A stretch of DNA of 63,630 nucleotides, counting the filler. It is 11 parts of 11 records of this genome, joined end to end, with 100 filler letters (N's around TTAATTAATTAA, not from the genome) between each part and the next. Parts side by side here need not be neighbours in the genome. Positions count along the whole stretch, not along the records: positions 48,435 to 55,891 come from SRR7504441_12573; positions 55,992 to 60,513 come from SRR7504441_12648; 9 more parts are not named here. The stretch is one strand, 5' to 3'. The notes below the pieces were generated by a model, which saw nothing but the letters and a program-made list of their open reading frames with translations, did not search any database and had not been told where the DNA came from. The translations under genes were made by a program, and so were the position numbers. The stretch's first letter is position 1, and each line of letters begins with the position of its first letter. Of this stretch, positions 48,435 to 58,116 are shown piece after piece.

Positions 48435-49318
48435 CACCGGGCTCTGCCGGCACTCGAGCACCGATCCGGCCAGTGACGGGAACAGCACCACCGGCGGCGC
48501 CGGCATCGTGCTCGTCCTCCGCAGTGAGGCGCCAGGCTGATTTCAGCGCCAACGGCACATCTCGAGAATGGCCAGTGCTCTGGAGTGCGGGGGGCCCAGT
48601 GCTCTGGAGGGCCAGGAGGGCGACACCAAGGTGGGGCCCTCGCTGCAGCAGCTGGCTGGAGCGCACGGGGGCAGCGGGCCCGGCGGCGCGAGGACTCGTC
48701 CAGCGACTCGTCCTCTGAAGAGTGCGGCGGGTGTTGGCTGCTGGTCTCAGGACTGGCAGGCGGCCGGCCAAGAAGCGCAAGCACAAGAAGAAGGACAAGG
48801 CCAAGAAGAAGAAGAAGGCCAAGAAGAAGAAGGAGAAGAAGGAGAAGGCGGCGAAGGAGGAGCCCGAGAGCCCGGCACCGACTGAGCTGCCCGCGGACCC
48901 AGCCCCCGGTGCGACCGGGCAGGCGGCGCATGCGAGCAGTGCGGACAGGGGAGGCCGGGGAGCCGGCGGCGGAGCCAGCCAACGAGCCATTGGCCCCAGC
49001 GCAGCCGGCCGAGCCTCTAACGGACGAAGATAAGCGGAAGGCTGCGTTCCAGGCGGCCCGGTGCGGCGGGCTGGGCCGCAGCGGCTGAGTGCCGGCAGCC
49101 GGATGATGCAGCTGAACGCCAGCGGGGTGGGCGTGGTCTCGTCGGCCTCGGCGCCCGACAGTGCTGGCGAGTGGTGGAAGGGTGCTTCGAAGCAGTCTGC
49201 GGGGAGCTGACTGGCTTGGTTCGCAGGGACAATTGTGGCGAAGAAAGCTGAGCTAGGAGCTGACGTGAAGGAGGTGCAGAACCAGCCCAAACGGGGAACC
49301 GGCTCGACCAAGTTATAA
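48435..49318 (+). CDS. Lys/Ser-rich low-complexity protein, 3' portion
   Basis: SSSDSSSE and KKRKHKKKDKAKKKKK exons separated by short introns. Confidence 0.55.
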
Positions 49319-49411
49319 TAAAACGTTCAAACACTCGTGTGTGTGTTCATTAATTGTATACGGTACATGCTCAAACCTTGCCAATCATGCCAGCGTACTC
49401 ATCGTATTGAG

Positions 49412-50923
49412 CTAGATTGGATATTCAAACTTTGCCAGATCGCACGGCCCCGGCGCAAACCCTGCAAACTCAAGCCCGGTAGGCCGCCCAAAGCCGCTGA
49501 GCACTGTAAAGCGCAGCCCCGAGGCTTGAACAGTGGAGTCTAGCAAGTCAATCCTGTTGGCACCGACCGTTGTGCCGGAAGAGACTTTGACCCAGTTGCC
49601 AGAGACGTTGGCCTCCACCCGGTACTCCGCGATCATCTGGCCGCAGCTCTGATCCTCGCGCATTCGGACTCGGTCGATTGGACTGGCCGAAAACTCGAGC
49701 TCAACAGAGAGCTCGCCAGGCTTGATTGAGCCTGAGCCTACAGCTGTGTCGTAGCACGAGCGGATCCAGTCGCCGAACTGGGCGTACGCCATCGCGTGCT
49801 TTGGGTCGACCCCGCCGGTCCGGTCGATTGCGAAGTCGATTTCCAGGTGGCCGTTGGCCCCGATGGAGTTGTGGTACATCTCCACCAGCGTGCTCAGCGG
49901 ATTGAGCGAGTCTCCCGGGGTGTAGAACCAGTGATCGCCGGCCTGCAAAGTAACGTCCACGCCAGACGGGTACCAGCTCGCCCCAGTAGCATTGGGCGGC
50001 GCCCCAGCCCCAGAGCCCGACGGGCACCAACCACAGGCGGCCGTGCTCCACACAGCGCCTCCCGGCCCGCGCTCCGGCAATCCGCTCTCGGTGCCACACC
50101 AACGGACCGGGCTGTCGCTCACCCCACCGCCGTTGAAAGCCACCGCGTCCCGGGCGTTGGTCCGTCGAACTAGCGCCCCGACCTTGTCACACATGGCGCC
50201 GCAGCCGCCATCGAGCCATATCTCAGTCAGGTTGCCGAAGTCGGTCCAGAGCTCCGTAACCTGCGCCAGTGCCAGCGCCTCGAACTCGGCCTGGCTCACC
50301 GGGGCCTGGCCGGGCAGCGCACTGGCTGGGCCGTTGGCCTTGTGCCCGGCCACGTTGAGGTAGAAGTTATTGGTTAAGGAGTAGTAGAAGCCGTGACCGA
50401 TCTCGGCGGCGGTGGTGGCGGCCACAAACTGCTCGAGCACGTTCAAATGGGCCGGCACGTGGTAACGGTACGGGGACCCGTCGGGCAGGGTTGTTTTGGT
50501 CTGCCAGGCCAGGAAACCGCAGCCGTGCTTGGCCGTGAGCACCGCCGAGCTTGCCCCGAGGGCCTTGAACGACTGGACCCAGCTGGAGACGTTGAGGTTG
50601 GTCGGATTGAACGAGCCCACGTCGCTGCTGTTGCACCGGTCGCTGTTCGGGTCACAGCCGTTCCAGTTGTGCTTGTCGCACCCGGGGTCGCCGTCGTGGA
50701 AGAAGGTGGCCATCCCGAAGTGAATGAGCGCCGAGATCGAGCCCTGGTAGGCCAGCTGCTGCCGGGTCGGCACCGGGAGCGGCCCCGCGTGCGGCAGGAG
50801 CGTAAAACCGCCGGCGGCAGCAGTTGCACTGGCACTGCCAACATGGGCAGCCACCAAGAGCGCCACGACTCCCAGCTGTCCTCGCAACCGAGTACTCCAG
50901 CTCGGCCTCGCCGGCCTCGCCAT
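49412..50923 (-). CDS. GH29 alpha-L-fucosidase (secreted, intronless) with a C-terminal F5/8-like beta domain
   Basis: ALIHFGMATF; FNPTNLN..W; VLTAKHGCGFLAW; EIWLDG; WFY; YHNSIGANG. Confidence 0.9.
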   Translation of the reverse strand: MARPARPSWSTRLRGQLGVVALLVAAHVGSASATAAAGGFTLLPHAGPLPVPTRQQLAYQGSISALIHFGMATFFHDGDPGCDKHNWNGCDPNSDRCNSSDVGSFNPTNLNVSSWVQSFKALGASSAVLTAKHGCGFLAWQTKTTLPDGSPYRYHVPAHLNVLEQFVAATTAAEIGHGFYYSLTNNFYLNVAGHKANGPASALPGQAPVSQAEFEALALAQVTELWTDFGNLTEIWLDGGCGAMCDKVGALVRRTNARDAVAFNGGGVSDSPVRWCGTESGLPERGPGGAVWSTAACGWCPSGSGAGAPPNATGASWYPSGVDVTLQAGDHWFYTPGDSLNPLSTLVEMYHNSIGANGHLEIDFAIDRTGGVDPKHAMAYAQFGDWIRSCYDTAVGSGSIKPGELSVELEFSASPIDRVRMREDQSCGQMIAEYRVEANVSGNWVKVSSGTTVGANRIDLLDSTVQASGLRFTVLSGFGRPTGLEFAGFAPGPCDLAKFEYPI

Positions 50924-50975
50924 TGGCTGTCCGTTGGCTGTCCGTTGACAACATACAGTAGGCTCGCACGCAACA

Positions 50976-51469
50976 ATGTGAGGCGACAGGTCGGGGCGCG
51001 GCTCACTCGGTGGGCAGGTCGGCAGATCTGGTGTGGCAATTGGTGCGTAACAACTCGGCGTTCATCCACAAGCGGCGTTGCGGGAGCAACCTCCAGCTGT
51101 TGAACTCGGAGCCGGGCAACCTGACCAACCTCAACCGGTACAAGGACAGCGGCCTCGCCAACAACACCGCCGTCGGCTTGACCGCCGATGCCAAGCAGGG
51201 CGTGGTGCTGAGCCTGAAGAACGCCAAGCGGATCAGGCAGATCAAGAAGAACGCCCCCGGTGTCAAGATGTCCGGCTCGTTCCGCAAGGTCGCCAAGGCC
51301 ATCAAGAAGGCCACAAAGGACTCCTTCTACCGTAGCGACCTCTCCAAGCCGGCCCTCGCTCGCTGGTGCGCGGGCGGTGGCTTGGGCAGGTGGCTGAGTG
51401 GCTGGTGACAGGTACAAGATCTGGAAGAGCCAGGAGGCCTACCACAAGAAGCCCAAGTCCGACGAATAA
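50976..51469 (+). CDS. RPL28: 60S ribosomal protein eL28; introns 50978-51017 (inside the ATG) and 51366-51411
   Basis: MSADLVWQLVRNNSAF...EPGNLTNLNRYKDSGLAN...YRSDL..PALAR. Confidence 0.93.
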
Positions 51470-51504
51470 GCTCGCAATCAGCCTTCGCCACCAGACAAGC
51501 CATT

Positions 51505-51865
51505 AAAAAAGACATAGTTGTTGAACTCAGCGTTGGGCGGCCGCGCGCGTTGGGGCAGGGGCCTGGGGTATCGCGATCGACGGGCAGCAGCGATTCTGGC
51601 GGCGCGCTGTCCACTCCCTGCCAGGAGTGCACGGGGCAGCAGGCCAATCAGGGGCAGAGCACACCCAGTCGCGTGCTTGGGTCGCTGCGTACAAGTTCGG
51701 GTGGGCGCAACGCGGGGGGGGTCCCGCTCAGTCTCAGTGTGCTATCCGCCTTGGCTGTGAAGAGAGCTCGTTCAGCCGGTCCTCGTACGCCAGGTTAGGG
51801 TTAGGGTTACTAATAGGATCGTGAGGGTTTTATGCGATGCACGCTGGTGCATGATTACGAGTCCG
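51505..51865 (-). ncRNA. Putative telomerase RNA (Pol III type-3 promoter layout); 5' end approximate
   Basis: Template-like UAACCCUAACCCUAACC (51809-51793); ACCCAT USE-like motif upstream (51894-51889); T6 at 51510-51505; GC-rich structured body with no credible ORF; complementary 5' and 3' ends. Confidence 0.55.
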
Positions 51866-51886
51866 AATGAATTGCCATCCTAGGCC

Positions 51887-51895
51887 AAATGGGTT
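51887..51895 (-). promoter_or_regulatory. USE-like element AACCCATTT upstream of the putative telomerase RNA
   Basis: ACCCAT core resembles the ciliate/algal snRNA and TR upstream sequence element; position fits. Confidence 0.35.
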
Positions 51896-52213
51896 CCACA
51901 TGCAACCAAATCGAACGTAAAATGCCGTGAGGCATGATTATTCGGATTGTTTGAATCATTGGCATAAATTGCGTATCTCTTATCGAATGGCGTATTGCAT
52001 TCGACACAACTTAAATGCATGCAATCAAGATATATGTGCATGTAATCGATTGCTATATTGATCAGCAACGTATCATGCAATACCTCTCGAACAAGATTTG
52101 ATTCGTTTGATTGTTTGTCTTGGCATCGGTGCTTCACATAAGATAAAGCCAACCGATTCTTCCAACAAAGGCCCTGATCATGGCCGGTCCTTGATCCCGC
52201 ACCCGACACGCCG

Positions 52214-52810
52214 TCAGCAGACAGGTTGGCCTAGAGGCTGCTCAGCTCTCAAGCGGACTCTTGGCTGGAACTGTCCAACGTGGCTGCCATCGAGGCTCAA
52301 TTTGCGCCAACTGGCGTGGATCCTCGGGACCCCGTCCTGTCGGACTCCGCCGCACTCGCACCGGATCCGTACCCGTCCGTCAGAACAGGCCGACGCGGAC
52401 ACTCGCCGGATGCCGCAATAGCTGCAGCAATACTCTTGCGGGGTCCCGAGTGCCTTGTGTGCCTTGCTCCGGCGGTACTGATGCTCCACCGGCGGGGCCT
52501 GGTGTTCCGCCATCGGCTGGTCGATCGGCCGCTTTCCGGAGGGCCCGTGCCGGGCTGCCGCGGTCGGCCAGTTGGCGGCCGCCTTTGCCTCGGCCGGCAG
52601 GTCCAGTCTGGGCGAAGCTCGCGGGGCGTACCGAATGGGCAGCTCGAGCAGGCAAGGGTCGGCGATCGGCAAGATCTTGGTCGCCCGTATCACCGGGGCG
52701 GCCGGCGGGGAGCCCATTTCGTCTTGGAGCAAGACGAACGCGGGCTCGAGAGTCGGAGTGGGCGGCAGCGAGCCGCCGGCCACCCTGCAGAGTATGGCGA
52801 GGGCGGACAT
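52214..52810 (-). CDS. Pro-rich protein with a C-terminal putative zinc-binding domain
   Basis: YCCSYCG...SDGRVRIRCECGG..DG.PRIHASW; start inferred. Confidence 0.55.
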   Translation of the reverse strand: MSALAILCRVAGGSLPPTPTLEPAFVLLQDEMGSPPAAPVIRATKILPIADPCLLELPIRYAPRASPRLDLPAEAKAAANWPTAAARHGPSGKRPIDQPMAEHQAPPVEHQYRRSKAHKALGTPQEYCCSYCGIRRVSASACSDGRVRIRCECGGVRQDGVPRIHASWRKLSLDGSHVGQFQPRVRLRAEQPLGQPVC

Positions 52811-52962
52811 GGACAGGCCAAACAGACCCGGCGCTCGACAAGCGTTGGGCTCAGTGCCGCCACCGCGGCGACACCCGCGCCTGTGGGTTAAGACGCATCC
52901 GCTGCGATCCCATCTTTCGGGCGTGGGTTGACCTGTTCTCGAATAGTGAATTTTTTTTTTCC

Positions 52963-53781
52963 ATGCCGGCCCAGTGCCGTGGTCTGACGAGCACCGCGGT
53001 GCGCTGCTGCCGGCAGTGGTCGGGCAAGGAGGAGTGGAAGGCGGGCGCTCTCTGCCTGTGCTGGCCTGAGCGTTGGGCCAGAATTGGATCGCCTGGGACA
53101 CCAAGTTCCAATCGTCCAGCGACAAACTCAATCGGAAGCGACACTACTTCTACCGCGTGGACGCCAAGGCACTGAACGCCCGCGCCCCAGCTGAGGGCAT
53201 GGGCAGGGGCGGCTGCTCCGGCTGGAGTTGGACCAGCCCGACAAGACCTTCGGAGAGATCAGGCCAAACGGTGCTGACTGGCGGCTGGTTGACTATTTCT
53301 TCTCGGTGAGCCTGCGCGGCCGGCGGGCAGCACCGTGGGGTCAGCACCTGGGGGCCAACCGCAGCGGGCTGTATGGGCCTGAGTTCGGTTGGCTCTCCAC
53401 CCGCATGCACGAGAAATACTTTACCAAATGCGACGTGGCGCCGGTTGTGTTCACAGACCTACGCGACGGTACGGACAACGCTCCCTCCCCGGGCCAGCCC
53501 CGGCAGGCGTGCTCAGGTACGCGGCCACACTGAGCGAGCCGTTCGAGCCGAGCCAGCTGCGGCTGTCGCGGTCGGGCTATTTGCTCCATCCAGTGCAGAC
53601 TAAGGCGGATCAGCTAATGGCGCTGGTGAAGAGCTGGCTGAGGCTGGTGGGAGCTCTGGGACAGGTAGACTCGCAGGTGGCGCAAGGGCTGCTCGAGCGA
53701 GTTGTGCACGACGGGGGCGATTATGTGCTGGAATGGGAGGGAGAGCGTGTGAGAATACCAGTGCTTGCGGATGACAGCTGA
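52963..53781 (+). CDS. UPF0598/C8orf82-like (DUF4505) protein, multi-intron
   Basis: RHYFYRVD..G; DYFF; NRSGLY..EF; C..APVVFT.L; LRYA..L..PFEP..L; GYLLHP; GC-AG introns 53041-53081 and 53169-53206. Confidence 0.75.
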
Positions 53782-53936
53782 CACAACAAAACACGTGATA
53801 CTAACGGACCTGACTAGGCGTTTAACTCGGTTGCATACATTGTGTAAACCTGAATTTTACACGCATCACTGAATGCTATATACGTAAACTAAGATGTTGA
53901 TATTGATACGCTAAGAAGATTGGACACTCGGATTGT

Positions 53937-55081
53937 TTAGCCCGGGGCCATGATATCTGGCTCGTTTGGCTTGATAGTTTGACTCGCGTCGCTCCTCGCA
54001 CCGTCACTCACGCGCCGCGGCAATGGCCGGTGTAGCTCTCCCGGATTCCGATGTGACATGCCCGGTGGAACTTCGGTTGCTGTCGTTGTCTCCACCTTGA
54101 CGGCGTGATGCACATCCTGGAAACACGCCCAATTAGTGCACAATCATATAAACAAGCAGCAACAGCCACCTTCTTGGGGCTCTGATCTGGGGGGCGGGTG
54201 TTCTCCAACGACGCGATTTTGAGCAGCATGTTGTTCATTTGCATGTTGTTTGTGTGCCTAGTGTCTGCTGGCTCAGAAGAATCAGGACGCGGCCGCTTCC
54301 CAAGCACAGCTTTCGGCCCCTCCTGGCCCGCGGGCTTCGGATCTGCCGGCCCAGTGTAAGCAGCACTCCGTGTAGGCGGCGCGCCTGCTTGGACCACCGT
54401 CGAGAGGAAGGCCATGATCTTCTCCACTGTGCTTTGCGTCTGCTGCTGCAGGCATCTGGCCTCATGCAACTCATTCAGGGTAGCCGCCAGCGTTCTATGC
54501 ATCGAGTCCTTCTCGTCCCGCAGGTTGTTCATCTTACTGGCCATTTCTAAGAACTGGTGCTGCTCCTGCCAGGGCGTCCCCGCCCACTGCTGCTCCACAC
54601 GGGCTACCCCCCAAACGGCCAACTGCTGGTCATTGGGCAGGCCCATCGGACCCGAACAAAATGGATGCGTTACTGGGTACTCCGCAGGTTGCAGCTGGCC
54701 CTCTTGCCCGCCGGCAGCCGGTTTAGGGGCCGACCGTCGCCGGTGGATCTGGCCAAGTAGCTCTGGCTGGCCGCGGCGGAAGCAATCGTTGGAAAACTCC
54801 CAGGCGTCGGCGGCGATTTTACGGAAGCCGTAGATGTTGAGCTGCCGGACGAAGGAGGAAAGGTTGTTGTGCTTGAAGTACTGCGGGAGCACCGCCACCG
54901 CGAACTGACCTGGGTCGGAGACGAGGAACGAGCAAGGACCCGACCAGCGGACGCACTCGTCGATGGTAGAGTCGTCGACCATTGTGAAGGTCTTGCTAAG
55001 GAACGGCGCGACCACCTTGGCGCTCGCAAGCGGCGCCATCCCCGGCTTGAAGGTCACTGGCGGCATCGAGGCCTCATTCAT
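53937..55081 (-). CDS. HSF: Heat shock transcription factor (HSF DNA-binding domain + coiled coil)
   Basis: [13 protein letters not shown]...VRWS..SF.V.D..QF...[25 protein letters not shown]...WEF.N..FRRG. Confidence 0.92.
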
Positions 55082-55714
55082 GGACAGCCGCTGGCCTTCG
55101 CGAACTCCCGTCTGGTGCACGACTCTATCTCGGCCTTCTGGAAAACAACGGAAAGTACCGGCAAAGTCGACCCGGGGGTGGTCACCGGGAAGATGAGCCG
55201 GGCGGACATGACCGCTAGGCCGGCCGGCGGGGCGGGTGGCAGCAGGGGGGGCAACCTCATCGCCCGGCAGGAAGCGTGCGGCCGCGTGCTGACGCTCCAC
55301 GCTCGGCTGCGGTCTGAGGCCGGACGGAGCGAGGACCTGGCCCGTGCGCAGCGGCGTGCGGTCGACGCGGCGCGGGAGGCGCGGTTTCGGGAGCAGGTCC
55401 GAGGGATCCACGCCGGGAGCGGAGTGCAGCTCGCGCGGCTGGACTGGGCGGCAGAACGAGCGAGGAAGACAGCCGCAGCCGAGCGGATATGAGTCTGTTG
55501 GACGGGAGCGTCTGGGTAGGACGGCGGCGAAGGAGAGGCGCCGCGGCTGCGGCTGGGAGGGGTGGCGGGTGGATTGGCTGACGAATTGAGCGGCGTATTG
55601 ACTATTGGAGCAGGACGAGCGTGGCTCAACGCTTGCAAGAGAAAGATAAACTGAGCAATAATAGTTAGATAGAGCATTGTAGTATATCGCGGTCGTCCAC
55701 ATTAAAAGGTTAAA

Positions 55715-55891
55715 TTAGAATCCGAGGTCCTGGGCGATCTCTTCAAAGGCCTGTACAACGCACAATCAGCGCTTCCTCGTTGATTTGATCACGCAATCTA
55801 CATGCAATCGAGTCACTCCGAATAAGCCGTCGCCCGTGAGCGCGCAGCACTCCCTGATCTTCCAGTGCCGGTCAACCAGCTTCGGCCTGAC
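55715..55891 (-). CDS. ARF/ARL small GTPase, C-terminal fragment
   Basis: RHWKIRECCALTGDGLF, then after an intron AFEEIAQDLGF*; matches the Arf W.I..C.A.TG.GL motif. Confidence 0.6.
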
Positions 55892-55991
55892 NNNNNNNNN
55901 NNNNNNNNNNNNNNNNNNNNNNNNNNNNNNNNNNNTTAATTAATTAANNNNNNNNNNNNNNNNNNNNNNNNNNNNNNNNNNNNNNNNNNNN

Positions 55992-56674
55992 ATCGCACCA
56001 GTGCTTCTGGTGCTCGCCACCCTAGCAGCCCTCTCCCGCCGCGATGACACTGCCGCCATCGCCACCGCCACCGGGGCCCCCGCAAGCAACCTGAATGTAC
56101 CGGACGGTGTGACCGGCAAGTACCCAACATGAACATCCCGATCTGCCGCAAGTCGCGAGTGCCTGGGGTGGCCGGTATATCCAAATGCGTCCCGTCGAAC
56201 TGGTGCGACGGCCAAGACTGTGGCTGGACCGGGCAATGGAGCTGCCCAGGCACGCCTCGCGGGTCCAAGGGCCAGGCGTCGAATGACGGATCCAAGGGGT
56301 TCCAGTGCTGCTGCACGGCCAAGATCTCCCCGGACAAGATGCCGTTCGACTGCGGTGGCACCCAATTGTTAGACAAGATGGGCACAAAGCTGTATGTAGA
56401 TCCCAGCAGTGTCCTGGGCAACATTGTCCGGAGTCAGATGCCTGGGATAGGCGGTTGGTTCGGCCGGCGACTGCTGAACGAACCCGCGCCCGAGAGTTCA
56501 ATGTGGGGGCTTGGGCCGTATTGCAAGACCGGGAGTTATTACCTGCCGGTTTGTATTGGGAGTTCCAGCGAGTGCCCGCGGATGGTCTTCATGGGGGAGA
56601 AATGGGGCTTTCAGGTACATCTGGACATAAGTGGGGCGGCTTGGCAGACAGTGCTCAGTGAGATGGGCAAATGA
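55992..56674 (+). CDS. Secreted Cys-rich protein (5' truncated)
   Basis: Hydrophobic APVLLVLATLAALS; Cys/Gly-rich ORF 56129-56674. Confidence 0.55.
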
Positions 56675-56958
56675 GCAGCACGATCAGCTCTGTTGTACAC
56701 TTGCGACGAAGCAGTTGAAAAACTCTTTGGTGTAGCGGTCTATATACCGTACTAGTCTATAGTTAACAGTAGGCGAGTGCCTTGCGTAGCTTTTGCCGGG
56801 GCCCGCGATGCATGCGATATTCTACGAGTATACCGGTTCTATGCATAGCACTCTATTTAAACTGTCTATGGTATTTCTAGGTATGTGCGACCTAATCACT
56901 ATTAATTGATTACTATTCTTGTTGCTCGTACAGTATCACTAACCCTCAAGCTATGGAC

Positions 56959-57720
56959 TCAACTCTTGCGACCGTAACCGCCCCGGTCACGGAACTTGTA
57001 CTGCAGGGTCACACGCGGTCGGTCCACCGAGGTATTCCTGCCCGCGGTCAGTCTAGATTGTGGGCTGGCCAGTCACCGTGAGGCTGAGTGCACCGTCCAA
57101 GGGTGCATCATCACCAACTCGCCAGCCTTGGCCGGGATCTGCCGGATCCGGCAAAGTCCGATCACCGCCACCAGGTGCGCTAGTATGAACAGCAGATTGT
57201 ACACCCACCCGCGCCCGTCGAGCCCCAGCATGTGCAGCAGCCAGCCCAGCCTGTGCGAGCCCTCCACCACGCAGAGGCAGCCACCGTCGGGCTCGACCGT
57301 AGATAGGTGGAGCAGCCCCACGGCCTGGAGTCCGTTGCCACAGCCCCGCTCAAAGTGCCAGCCCAGCCAGGGCGGCGACCAGTCCCCGCCTCGGGGGTAC
57401 CGCAGGTGGAGAGAATGTTTGCAATCGGCCTCGGCGCTCGGAAGGATCGGCCCGGCCGCCGCGCGGACCGCCTGGTTCACTGCCGCCTGGGCCGCCGGCG
57501 CGGTGTCCAGCTGGCAGCCCTCCCTGTTGGCGTACGGGGCCTTGTGTACCGGTGCGGTGTGCCAGCTGCCCGGGTCGTCCAACTTGACGGCGTGGGCAGC
57601 CAGGGTGGGCTGGACTAAAGTGTGGCCGGCCTGGGCCAGCTCGGCCGGGCCGAGCACGTCCGGGATAACTGCGAACCCGTGCTCGGCCATCGCGGTGCGG
57701 GGACTCTCGCTCGTGGCCAT
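56959..57720 (-). CDS. PhyH-like Fe(II)/2OG dioxygenase fold protein
   Basis: HGFAVIPDVL; WHFE; DGGCLCVVEGSH; AKAGELVMMHPWTVHSAS|RNTS..PR. Confidence 0.8.
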
Positions 57721-58116
57721 GTTGGTTGCCCGTTCAGACGGGTTGCCGACTTGCCGTACCAGGCTGGTTCCTTCACTTGTGTGTAATTTTGGCAACTTCT
57801 GGCAACTTTGGCAGTGATAACCGTGATAACGCTCATGATCGCGCGCGATGAGTAAGGATTCGGAGCTACCGTAGCTCTAGACAGCAGATGCCGGTCACAA
57901 CATGCATATGTTCGAAAGCACCAAAGTCGGCGCGTGTCGGCGTAGCTATCCATTGTGGTGTACATAGACTGATGAATATTTACGGATGAACTCATCACCA
58001 CCATTGCGTTCTTTAGTAAAGAGTAAATGGAACTGATTGACTATTAGCTAACTATGCGGCACTTCGCGGAATTGTTGTAAAATTGTTGGGAATTCGCATG
58101 GGAACTCGTCAAACAT

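Noticed and set aside
51793-51809. TTAGGG tract as a chromosome end or as a promoter telo-box of RPL28
   Set aside because: It is internal, under 3 repeats long, and lies downstream of both flanking genes rather than in their promoters. It is kept only as a TR template candidate.
55082-55702. In-frame 200-codon extension upstream of the HSF ATG
   Set aside because: It has no ATG start and a low-complexity R/P/S/A composition, so it is more likely a GC-rich 5' leader or promoter.
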